Shown here in pieces: positions 21,417-29,849 of a stretch of 64,000 nt of DNA. Each line of letters begins with the position of its first letter. Positions within the stretch are counted from its first letter, which is position 1. Both the position numbers and the translations under genes were made by a program. The stretch comes from Betaproteobacteria bacterium (GTDB lineage Bacteria > Pseudomonadota > Gammaproteobacteria > Burkholderiales > SHXO01). The notes below the pieces were generated by a model that saw nothing but the letters and a program-made list of their open reading frames with translations, did not search any database and had not been told where the DNA came from. Location: positions 3,506 to 67,505 of the forward strand of contig SHXO01000001.1 of NCBI GenBank assembly GCA_009693245.1, written 5' to 3'.

Positions 21417-22183
21417 GCCTGCTTGCTTGCCGCCATCTCACGGTGCGCTTTGGCGGTTTGACGGCGCTGAACAAGTTCAGCTTGTCCGTGGATGCAGGCG
21501 AGATCCTGGGCCTCATCGGCCCCAACGGCTCGGGCAAGACCACCTTCTTCAATGCGCTCACGGCGCTCTATCCCCTGGCTGGCGGCGAGGTGGAGTTCGC
21601 TGGGGAGTCGCTCACCGCCCGTACCCCGCAACAAATCTACGGGGCGGGCATTACGCGCACCTTTCAGCGTTCGCGTTTGTGTCTTTCGCTATCGGTGTTC
21701 GACAATCTGATGATCGGCAATCACCGCAATTTACGGCGCGGCTTCCTGTTCAATCTGTTTCAACGCCGCGCCCTGGCGGCGCAAATAGAAGCAAACATCG
21801 AAGCCGCCCGGGTGTTGCTGCGGTCCTTTAACGACAAGTTGCCCGAACGTCTATTCGGCGCGGCCGGTTCCCTGGGGATGATCGACCGGCGCCGCGTGGA
21901 AGTGTGCCGTGCACTCATCAGCCGGCCGAGACTTCTACTTCTCGATGAACCCTCGGCGGGCATGACGCACGAAGAAACACGCGAGTTGATGGATGACATC
22001 CTCTTGGTGCGCGAAACCACGCCAGGGCTCGCGATCATCCTCATCGAACACGAGATGGGGGTCATTGGACGCGTTACCCAACGCTGCGTCGTGCTCAATT
22101 TCGGAGAGAAACTCTGCGAGGGCACCTATGCACAAGTGGCGGCGGATCCGACCGTGCAGCAGGCCTACCTCGGAGCGGATTGA
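21413..22183 (+). CDS. livG: ABC transporter ATP-binding protein (LivG family)
   Basis: ATGA overlap with livM. Walker A GPNGSGKTT, Walker B LLLLDEPSAGM. Confidence 0.85.
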   Translation: MSLLACRHLTVRFGGLTALNKFSLSVDAGEILGLIGPNGSGKTTFFNALTALYPLAGGEVEFAGESLTARTPQQIYGAGITRTFQRSRLCLSLSVFDNLMIGNHRNLRRGFLFNLFQRRALAAQIEANIEAARVLLRSFNDKLPERLFGAAGSLGMIDRRRVEVCRALISRPRLLLLDEPSAGMTHEETRELMDDILLVRETTPGLAIILIEHEMGVIGRVTQRCVVLNFGEKLCEGTYAQVAADPTVQQAYLGAD

Positions 22184-22920
22184 CCATGGCCGCACTACTT
22201 GTCTTGGAAAATGTATTTGCCGGTTACGATCAGGCCGATGTCTTGTCCGGGGTTTCCCTGAGCGCGGAAGAAGGCCGTATCACCTGCATCCTGGGCTCCA
22301 ACGGAGCGGGGAAAAGCACGCTGATTCGGGTCATTCTTGGATTGACGCCGGCTCGCGAAGGGCGGGTGATACTGAACGGCAAGGATATCGGAGAGACCCC
22401 CACTCACGCGATCATTGCCAGTGGCGTGGCTTGTATCCCAGAGGGCCGGCGAGTATTCCCCAAGATGACCATCGAGGAGAACTTGCGCGCGGGAGCCTAC
22501 CTGGAAGCAAGCGCTCCATTGGTTGCCCAGCGTTTGCGCAAGGTCTTCGACATCTTTCCGCGTTTGCAAGAACGCCAGCACCAATTGGCCGGAACCCTCT
22601 CCGGTGGCGAGCAGGCCATGCTTTCCATCGGCCGGGGTCTGATGTCCCAACCCAAGCTATTGTTGATCGACGAACCCTCGCTCGGGCTCTCGCCGCTCTT
22701 GGTGAAGGAGAATTTCTTCGTCATTCAGCGCATCAATCGGATGGGCGTGACCGTCTTGCTGGTGGAGCAAAATGTCCGTCAGACCTTGGCCATTGCTCAT
22801 TACGGATATGTGCTGGCGCAGGGGCGCGTCGCGGCATCTGGAAGCGCGGAACAACTCCAGGCGAAAGATGAAGTGCGGCAGGCTTATTTTGGCGCGCGGG
22901 GACACGAGGAGATTTCATGA
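22180..22920 (+). CDS. livF: ABC transporter ATP-binding protein (LivF family)
   Basis: TTG 22180 forms a TTGA overlap (alternative start ATG 22186). Walker A GSNGAGKST, signature LSGGEQAML, Walker B LLLIDEPSLGL. Confidence 0.85.
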   Translation: MTMAALLVLENVFAGYDQADVLSGVSLSAEEGRITCILGSNGAGKSTLIRVILGLTPAREGRVILNGKDIGETPTHAIIASGVACIPEGRRVFPKMTIEENLRAGAYLEASAPLVAQRLRKVFDIFPRLQERQHQLAGTLSGGEQAMLSIGRGLMSQPKLLLIDEPSLGLSPLLVKENFFVIQRINRMGVTVLLVEQNVRQTLAIAHYGYVLAQGRVAASGSAEQLQAKDEVRQAYFGARGHEEIS

Positions 22921-24041
22921 ATAACCGGTTCGATGCACTGGCACTCACGCGAGAAATCGTGGAGATGAACACCATCAATCCCCCAGGCAAGGAAGACGAC
23001 TGCGCCAGACATCTGGGGACCATATTGGAAGCGGCGGGATTTAGTGTTCGATACCACCGAATCGGCGAGGGACGCTCCAATCTTGTCGCTCGGATAGGTA
23101 ACGGCGCGGGTGCTCCGCTGTGTTTTACGGGTCACATCGATACGGTCCCGCTGGGTGCGGCGAAATGGAAGAAAGATCCCTTCGCCGGAGAGACAGACAG
23201 CGGACGATTGTTCGGCCGCGGCAGCAGCGACATGAAGTCGGGGGTGGCGGCTTTTGTCGTGGCGGCCGCGAAATTGGCGCCCCATCTTCGCGCCACGCCG
23301 GGTTTGATCCTAATCATCACGGCGGCCGAGGAGACTGGATGCGAAGGAGCGTTCAAGTTGGTCACGGACGAGCATCTTGGCGTGGCGGGTGCCATCGTGG
23401 TGGCCGAGCCCACTAGCAACTACCCGTTCGTTGGCCACAAGGGCGCCTTCTGGTTGCGCGCGACAGCGCAGGGCGTGACGGCCCACGGTTCCATGCCGGA
23501 ACGTGGCGTGAACGCCGTGTATAAAGCGGCGCGCGCGGTCACGGCCTTGGAGAATTTTCGTTTCAACACGCCTCCCCATGATCTGATGGGGCAATCGACG
23601 CTGAACGTCGGAAGCTTCCACGGGGGTCTCAATATCAATTCGGTGCCCGATGAGGCCAGCGTGGCCATCGATATACGAACGGTTCCGGGGACTCTTCATG
23701 CGGAGCTTCTCCGGCAACTCACCGGGCAATTGGGGCGTGACGTTTCGTTGGAAGTCATGATGGATCTGGAGAGCATCTACACGCCTCCCGAGCACGAATG
23801 GGTGCAGTCCGTCTACGACATCATGCAACCCATCTTGGGCGAACGCCCGCGGCCGCGCACGGCCACCTACTTCACTGACGCCGCCGCCTTGACCCCGGCA
23901 CTAGGCGGCCCGCCCACCTTGATTCTCGGTCCCGGCGAGCCGCAGATGGCTCACCAAACAGATGAATACTGCGTCATGGAGCGCGTGCATCAAGCCACGG
24001 CGGTGTTCGAGAGCATCATCGAAGGATGGTGCAAGCTGTGA
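22917..24041 (+). CDS. M20 family metallo-amidohydrolase (ArgE/DapE/ACY1-like)
   Basis: ATGA overlap with livF. Motifs GHIDTVP, GRGSSDMKSGVAAF, EETGCEGA; 374 aa. Confidence 0.8.
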   Translation: MNNRFDALALTREIVEMNTINPPGKEDDCARHLGTILEAAGFSVRYHRIGEGRSNLVARIGNGAGAPLCFTGHIDTVPLGAAKWKKDPFAGETDSGRLFGRGSSDMKSGVAAFVVAAAKLAPHLRATPGLILIITAAEETGCEGAFKLVTDEHLGVAGAIVVAEPTSNYPFVGHKGAFWLRATAQGVTAHGSMPERGVNAVYKAARAVTALENFRFNTPPHDLMGQSTLNVGSFHGGLNINSVPDEASVAIDIRTVPGTLHAELLRQLTGQLGRDVSLEVMMDLESIYTPPEHEWVQSVYDIMQPILGERPRPRTATYFTDAAALTPALGGPPTLILGPGEPQMAHQTDEYCVMERVHQATAVFESIIEGWCKL

Positions 24042-25273
24042 CGGCCAGCGATATCGCGGACAAGATTTCGCGGATATTCGATGGTGCCGAATACGAAACC
24101 GTAAGCGGCGCAAAGGCTTTGTGCGGACAGGGCCGCTTGAATGGCCAGCCACTTCTTTTCTTTGCTACCGATCCTGGCCATGCACGCGGCGCCATCGGTG
24201 TGGCGGATGGGAAAGCGCTGTCGTGGGTCATCGGGCAAGCACGCGGGCGGCGCGTGCCGATGGTTTGGTTGCTCGATTGTTCGGGGGCGAAGGTGGATGA
24301 GGGTCTACCTGCTCTCGCCGCGTTTCGGCGGTTCTACCGGGAAGCTTTGCTTGCGAAGGCGGAGGACATTCCTATTCTCGCCGTGCTGGGGCGGGGCTGC
24401 TATGGAGGGGCGAGTCTGTTGGCCATGTTGGCCGGCCATCGCATCTACTCACCGGTCACGCGATTGTCCACGTCCGGTCCCGCCATCATCGAAGGGGTGG
24501 AAGGCCGCGACGTGTTCGATTCCACCGATCATGCGAGCGTGTCCGCATTGCTGGGTGCGAGCGCCCGTCTGCAATCCGACCAGCACGCGCAGATGCACGA
24601 CGACCCAAGAATGGCCATGGGGCGCTGGCTTGCGGACTTGAAGCCCCCCAATGACTGGCGGTCCGCGCACGTTATGTTGGGGGCGCGATTAGGCGTGGCG
24701 CCGGACGCACCGGATTCCCGGTACAAACTGCAAGCATTACTTCCGCCGTCGTACACCCCGGCCCAGCGCGGAAATATCGTATTGTCCTTGCCGGCACCGG
24801 CCTCGCGTAAAGCGGTGTTTTGCGGTTTCCTCACGGGTGGCGATTTCGGTGCGGCCGACGCTTGGCAGCTTGCGGGTATTCTGCAAGAGGTAGCGCAGTC
24901 GCACCCAGGCAGTCCCGTCATACTGCTCCTGGACGCCAGTGGCCACGCCGCGAAAATTGCCGACGAGAAAGCGATTCTCGCCGAGTACCTCGTACACCTT
25001 TCCGTAGCCATTAGCGGTCTCGCGGCACGGGGACACAAAACCGTTCTGTGGATTACGGGGGGTGCTTCGGGCGCCGTCTATGTGGTATTCGCCGCCGCCG
25101 TGGAGCGAGTATCGGTGTTGTCCAGCGCGCGCGTGGAAGTTCTGGGTTCGGCCGCCGTGGACAGCATTCTCGGCAGAGCAGTGGACGGGGCCTCTTCCGT
25201 GGGCGAGTTGATCGACCTTGGAATCGCGGAAGGCGTACTGGACTCTCGTTTGGAAGAATACTCATCATCATGA
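24026..25273 (+). CDS. carboxyltransferase-fold protein resembling fused malonate decarboxylase beta/gamma subunits (MdcD/MdcE-like)
   Basis: The N-half has carboxyltransferase-like motifs (LLDCSGAKVDEG, GRGCYGGASLLA, TSGPAIIEG). The C-half resembles MdcE (ILLLDASGHA...ILAEYLVHL...GGASGAVYV). Alternative start GTG 24038 (GTGA overlap). Confidence 0.55.
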   Translation: MVQAVTASDIADKISRIFDGAEYETVSGAKALCGQGRLNGQPLLFFATDPGHARGAIGVADGKALSWVIGQARGRRVPMVWLLDCSGAKVDEGLPALAAFRRFYREALLAKAEDIPILAVLGRGCYGGASLLAMLAGHRIYSPVTRLSTSGPAIIEGVEGRDVFDSTDHASVSALLGASARLQSDQHAQMHDDPRMAMGRWLADLKPPNDWRSAHVMLGARLGVAPDAPDSRYKLQALLPPSYTPAQRGNIVLSLPAPASRKAVFCGFLTGGDFGAADAWQLAGILQEVAQSHPGSPVILLLDASGHAAKIADEKAILAEYLVHLSVAISGLAARGHKTVLWITGGASGAVYVVFAAAVERVSVLSSARVEVLGSAAVDSILGRAVDGASSVGELIDLGIAEGVLDSRLEEYSSS

Positions 25274-26769
25274 GCGACAATTTTTTCTCTTTGATTGAGG
25301 CCGCGCACCGCGGCCATCCTGACCGCGTAATCATCGAAACGCAGGAAGGTATCCAATACCGGGGCCACGATTTGTTGGCGGGCAGCGGGCGCTACGCTGC
25401 CCTGTTAGCCCAGCTTGGGGCCGGGCGCGGTGACCGTGTGGTCGTGCAAGCGGACAAATCAGTGCAATCGCTGCTCTTCTATCTTGCGTGCCTGCGTTTG
25501 GGCGTGATCTACGTCCCGCTCAACACAGCCTACCGGCGCGCGGAGTTGGAGCATTTCCTTGGCGATGCGCAACCAAAACTGGTGATCTGCTCGCCGCACT
25601 CGAAAGCGGAAATCGAATCCTTGGCGGACACCAAGGTATTGACGCTGGACGAAGAGGGCGCGGGATCCTTGCAGGAGGCCTTGGTTGGCGTTAACAGCGA
25701 AGCGCCGGCCGCGGCAGTGGCGGCGGACGATATCGCGGTGATCATCTACACCTCCGGAACGACGGGCCGCTCCAAGGGTGCCATGATCACGCACCGCAAC
25801 TTGTCGTCCAACACTCGTGTTCTCGTGGATTACTGGGCTTTCAGCCGCCGCGATGTGCTGGTGCATGCGTTACCCATTTTCCATATCCACGGCTTATTCG
25901 TGGCCAACCACACGGCGCTGGTTTCGGGCGCCAAGATTCTCTGGCACCGTAAGTTCGATCCCAAAGCCGTCCTCGCGGCCCTGCCCAATGCGAGTGTATT
26001 GATGGGCGTTCCCACTTTCTATACGCGGCTGTTGGCCGAGCCCGGCTTCGGCCGCGAGGCCGTGCGCAACATGCGGCTCTTCATCTCGGGCTCCGCTCCT
26101 TTGTTATTGGATACTTTCTCGGAATTCGAAGCACGCACCGGCCATCGTATTCTCGAGCGATACGGCATGTCGGAAGCCGGAATGATCACTTCCAATCCAT
26201 TGCAAGGTATTCGCGCGGGCGGAACCGTTGGATTGCCTTTGCCCGGGAATGAAGTGCGAGTTGCAGGTGAGAACGATCATCCCGTGAGACGCGGCGAGGC
26301 GGGTGCGATACAGATCAAAGGCGACAACGTATTCGCAGGCTATTGGAGGATGCCGGAGAAGACCAAGGAAGAGTTCATCGCCGATGGATGGTTTAAGACA
26401 GGCGATGTCGGGATGTTTGACGAGCAAGGCTATTTGTCCATCGTGGGCCGCGCCAAGGACCTCATCATCAGCGGGGGATACAACGTGTATCCGAAGGAGG
26501 TCGAACTGGTGCTCGATGCATTACCGGGAGTTTTGGAGAGCGCGGTAATCGGCGTCCCTCATCCCGATTTTGGAGAGGCAGTTACCGCGGTTCTGGTATT
26601 GCAGAAAGAGGCACGGCTAACGGAGCGAGAGGTCATTGCGCAGGTCAAGGCACAGCTTGCCAGTTACAAAACGCCAAAGCGGATTCACATCGTTGAAGAC
26701 CTGCCGCGCAATGCCATGGGCAAGGTGCAGAAGAACATTCTTCGCGAGAAGTTCTCGAAAATTTTGTAA
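25270..26769 (+). CDS. matB: malonyl-CoA synthetase-like acyl-CoA ligase (MatB family)
   Basis: ATGA overlap with the upstream gene. Similarity to rhizobial MatB runs along the whole length as I recall that sequence: SLLFYLACLRLGVIYVPLNTAYRRAELEHFLGDAQP, YTSGTTGRSKGAM, LFISGSAPL, ILERYGMSE, GDVG, ISGGYNVYPKEVE, PRNAMGKVQKNILR. Confidence 0.8.
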   Translation: MSDNFFSLIEAAHRGHPDRVIIETQEGIQYRGHDLLAGSGRYAALLAQLGAGRGDRVVVQADKSVQSLLFYLACLRLGVIYVPLNTAYRRAELEHFLGDAQPKLVICSPHSKAEIESLADTKVLTLDEEGAGSLQEALVGVNSEAPAAAVAADDIAVIIYTSGTTGRSKGAMITHRNLSSNTRVLVDYWAFSRRDVLVHALPIFHIHGLFVANHTALVSGAKILWHRKFDPKAVLAALPNASVLMGVPTFYTRLLAEPGFGREAVRNMRLFISGSAPLLLDTFSEFEARTGHRILERYGMSEAGMITSNPLQGIRAGGTVGLPLPGNEVRVAGENDHPVRRGEAGAIQIKGDNVFAGYWRMPEKTKEEFIADGWFKTGDVGMFDEQGYLSIVGRAKDLIISGGYNVYPKEVELVLDALPGVLESAVIGVPHPDFGEAVTAVLVLQKEARLTEREVIAQVKAQLASYKTPKRIHIVEDLPRNAMGKVQKNILREKFSKIL

Positions 26770-26949
26770 TAGAAAACCTGTTCCTTTAGGCGTAGTTCGT
26801 GCGTTTGGTATGCGCCAACGCGCCGGCACGGCGATTGCCATGGTTACACCAAGCGAATGTTATTGAAGGGCTTGATTCAAAGGCGTCCGGCTCGCAGGAG
26901 CCGCCGCATGGGAGGCTGGTGGACCGGCCTACGGTTTCGCTGGCAGTTT

Positions 26950-27438
26950 ATGGACAAACTCCCCATGGTCGTTGTTGGCGTCCTCGTCTTGTGCTTTGGC
27001 GCCCTCGCCTTATTCACGCGGTCCGTCGTGACCGAGGAGTCACATAAGCGCGATATGGCCTGCCTCGCACTCAATGTGTACCACGAGGCGCGCGGAGAGC
27101 CACTGGTTGGCCAATATGCCGTCGCGGAGGTCACGATGAACCGCGTGAACTCCGGCCGGTTCGCGGATACCGTATGCGAAGTCGTCTATGAAAAGAATTG
27201 GGATCCGCTGCGCGAACGTTACGTGGGGGCTTTCTCGTGGACTGAATTCGACAGCGTGCCCCGGCCCGAAGGCGAGGCATGGCGGCAATCCACCATGATC
27301 GCCGAAACCATGTACCACGGGAAGGTGCCGCCGATGCTCAAGGGCGCGCTGCACTATCATGCGGTCTACATCAAGCCAAGTTGGGCAAAGGGCAAGCGCC
27401 CCATCGCTCGTATCGGCAAACACGTCTTCTACCGGTAG
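26950..27438 (+). CDS. cell wall hydrolase, SleB/CwlJ (Hydrolase_2) family
   Basis: From ATG 26950: TM/signal segment MDKLPMVVVGVLVLCFGALALF, then ALNVYHEARGEPLVGQYAVAEVTMNRV...ALHYHA...PSWA. Confidence 0.75.
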   Translation: MDKLPMVVVGVLVLCFGALALFTRSVVTEESHKRDMACLALNVYHEARGEPLVGQYAVAEVTMNRVNSGRFADTVCEVVYEKNWDPLRERYVGAFSWTEFDSVPRPEGEAWRQSTMIAETMYHGKVPPMLKGALHYHAVYIKPSWAKGKRPIARIGKHVFYR

Positions 27439-27491
27439 AAACAATCGAGCCAGAAGCGGCGCGCCCTAAGTGGTGAAGATAACGGGTCCGT

Positions 27492-28166
27492 TTATCCGCG
27501 CTTCTCGAAGACCCGTTCCAGATGCTCCATATCGTTGACTACGCGCCAGTCGGTCGCGCCAGCGGTGCGCGCCTTGCGCTCCCAGCGCTCGATACGTTCG
27601 AGATAGCGGCGCGGGTCCATGTTGTCGGCGGAGAGCTTGGTTACGTTGAGAGCCACCAGACCGATGCCATTGAGCTTGATGGGGAAATCGCGCACCGTCT
27701 GTTGGTCGAGATCCTCTTGCATATCGGAGAAGATCACGATGGTTTTTCGCCTGGCGCCAGCCTCGTTCAAAAATTCCGCGGCTTGCAAGACACCCCCGGT
27801 GATGTCCGTGTATCGGCTGCCTTGATTACCAGAGGTTGCCTTGGAAAATTTCGCGATCTGCTCGCTAAACGCTTTCTTCTGCGCGTTGGCTTGCAGGGGA
27901 TCCTTGCTTAGGCTGACCTTCGCCACGATGTCTTTCTCGCTGAAGCTCCGGCTCTTCACCCTGCCCACGGCGAATGTGTCGCCCGGGTTCAAGTTGCCCA
28001 GGATGTACCGAATCACAAGCTCAGCCTTGCCCACTTCCTTCGCGTAAGTCCCCGACGTGTCAACCAGCATATAGATGGCTTGGCTGTGGCTGGCTTGCGG
28101 GCCGCAGCCCGCGGCGAACCAGGCAAGCGCCGCAACGAGCATGAATGACCACGTGCTCTTCTTCAT
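27492..28166 (-). CDS. VWA-domain lipoprotein
   Basis: From ATG 28166: MKKSTWSFMLVAALAWFAAGC (lipobox). Intact MIDAS residues: DTSGT ... TDITGG ... FSDMQED. ATGA overlap with the upstream membrane protein gene. Confidence 0.65.
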   Translation of the reverse strand: MKKSTWSFMLVAALAWFAAGCGPQASHSQAIYMLVDTSGTYAKEVGKAELVIRYILGNLNPGDTFAVGRVKSRSFSEKDIVAKVSLSKDPLQANAQKKAFSEQIAKFSKATSGNQGSRYTDITGGVLQAAEFLNEAGARRKTIVIFSDMQEDLDQQTVRDFPIKLNGIGLVALNVTKLSADNMDPRRYLERIERWERKARTAGATDWRVVNDMEHLERVFEKRG

Positions 28167-29605
28167 GCCGCCCCCTGGCCGCTCGCCTTGTCCAACTCGG
28201 GTGTGTGATCCCAGGCCTTCGCGACCCAGCGCTCCACGGCGAGCGGGGCGAAAATGCATACGTCGTAGGCCACCACGAGTATCTTGCCCGCCTCTCTCAC
28301 CAGACTCGCGGCGACACGAAGCGAGATGGCCCCGCCGCGCACCGCCATGACCAGTAGGGCTCCCAGCACGATCCGGCCTGTATTCACGAAGTGCTCCAAG
28401 GGTATCGCCACGAAGGCCAGGGCGAAGGGCAAGGTAAATCCCAGAACCATTTGTCCGAAGGTTGGGATGCGCGTTACCCATCCGGAACTCGCCGCGGCGG
28501 TGGTGGCGTCCGCGAGGGATTGCTTGAGGGCAACGTCGGAGGCGATGATCGTATCGCGCATAATGGCCAGCGCTACTTCAAAACCCGCAAGCACCAGCAG
28601 AATGCTCAGCGATGCCCACATCATGCGGCGGCGCATTTTCTCGGTGAGATTGCCCAAGGGAAACAGATTCGTAAAGCGCATGGTTTCCATCAGGAACAAA
28701 CCCATCAATGTCTCGAACAAGATGATGACCATGGAAGAGACCTGGGCGGCCGATAGCGTTTCCGTGATGTAGTCGCCGCCGCCCACCATCGCCGACATGG
28801 GAAGCGAGATCAGCTTATAGTTGACGTAAGCACCCCCGATGGCTACTAGCATGACCGGGCAGGAGATGAAGAATTGTGCCGAGGCCGAAGCGGTTAGCGA
28901 ATCCTCGGTTTTGGCGCCCCGAGAAAAAATTCCTTCGGGCTTTTGCACGGTCGAATCGATTTTCACCGCGCTTTGGTGCAGGCCGGTAATGCCGCGTTCG
29001 ACCTGGCTCATGGTCTGGCCGAGGGAGCGCCAAGACGGCAATGCTCGTTTTAGCAGGCCATGACGTTCCTGATAACCGGCGCGATACTCGGCGACCACGC
29101 GGTTGTATATTTTGTCCAGGGGGTCGCGAATGGCCGCCAGAATGTCTTCCACGACGCCGTCGCCCGTCGCCTTGATGGCCGCGATCGCTTGTATCGCCGT
29201 CACCCACTCCGGCGGCGGAGGCGGCACTTCGCCGCTCTTCTTGTAATCCTCCTCGATGCGCGTGATCTCATCCATGATCTTTCTTTGCAGCGCCGGGTAA
29301 CCCTCAAGATCCCGTTGCACCAGGAGGGTCACGCGCTCGAATTCACGGTCGATGACCAGCTTCGCTTCACGCCCTCCGTGAGCGAATAGCACCTCGCGGT
29401 TTCGCGTACGCAGGCGGTTGGCAACATCGAACAACCAACGCGATGCCAGTCTGAGGGGGTTCTCGAAGGCGCGGAATAGACGGCGCACCAATGCGTGGAC
29501 CGGATGGCGTGCCGCATACATGAATGGCATCGCAATGACGAGTAGGACCAGTAGAGAAGGTAATGGCCTGTCGGGCCAGATCAACAACGAATTCAAGAGT
29601 GTCAT
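28163..29605 (-). CDS. uncharacterised polytopic membrane protein (N-terminal TM, about 200-aa cytoplasmic helical region, C-terminal multi-TM bundle)
   Basis: ATG 29605 is preceded by GGAGGGAG. An ATG at 29626 lies inside that SD, so it is less likely. Hydrophobic segments and a PPPPPEW linker. I recognise no family. Confidence 0.55.
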   Translation of the reverse strand: MTLLNSLLIWPDRPLPSLLVLLVIAMPFMYAARHPVHALVRRLFRAFENPLRLASRWLFDVANRLRTRNREVLFAHGGREAKLVIDREFERVTLLVQRDLEGYPALQRKIMDEITRIEEDYKKSGEVPPPPPEWVTAIQAIAAIKATGDGVVEDILAAIRDPLDKIYNRVVAEYRAGYQERHGLLKRALPSWRSLGQTMSQVERGITGLHQSAVKIDSTVQKPEGIFSRGAKTEDSLTASASAQFFISCPVMLVAIGGAYVNYKLISLPMSAMVGGGDYITETLSAAQVSSMVIILFETLMGLFLMETMRFTNLFPLGNLTEKMRRRMMWASLSILLVLAGFEVALAIMRDTIIASDVALKQSLADATTAAASSGWVTRIPTFGQMVLGFTLPFALAFVAIPLEHFVNTGRIVLGALLVMAVRGGAISLRVAASLVREAGKILVVAYDVCIFAPLAVERWVAKAWDHTPELDKASGQGAA

Positions 29606-29662
29606 GCTTGCTCCCTCCTGCGACATACCGGCGGGTGCCGGTCTTGGGCCTGGGGTAGATGA

Positions 29663-29678
29663 CGCAATGGGCGGGCCA
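29663..29678 (-). promoter_or_regulatory. sigma-54 (-24/-12) promoter candidate TGGCCCGCCCATTGCG
   Basis: The reverse complement of 29663-29678 reads TGGCCCG-N4-TTGCG with canonical GG/GC spacing. It lies 57 nt upstream of ATG 29605 and is oriented toward the membrane protein/VWA pair. Confidence 0.55.
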
Positions 29679-29849
29679 GAGAGTTTGCCGCTGCGCGGCC
29701 GTGCAACGGCGGCTCCTTACGCATCTAGTGTCTTGTCCCGTTGGGAAAATATCGCTAGACTCAAGAACGTAAACAGGCGCCTGCAAGCCGCTTTGTGAGT
29801 GAAGAGCCTGCCGTGTACCGAGGAGGGGCGATATTCCTCCCAGCAGGCG

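Noticed and set aside
27439-27491. Short hairpin AACGG-GT-CCGTT between the convergent sleB-like and VWA genes, considered as a bidirectional terminator.
   Set aside because: The stem is only 5 bp with a 2-nt loop and no U-tract. This is insufficient evidence.
29774-29783. Palindrome CAGGCGCCTG followed by TTTACG downstream of ntrC, considered as a terminator.
   Set aside because: The stem could be only 4 bp with a 2-nt loop, which is too weak to call. A second candidate (GGGAGG...CCTCC at about 29818-29840) is also marginal.
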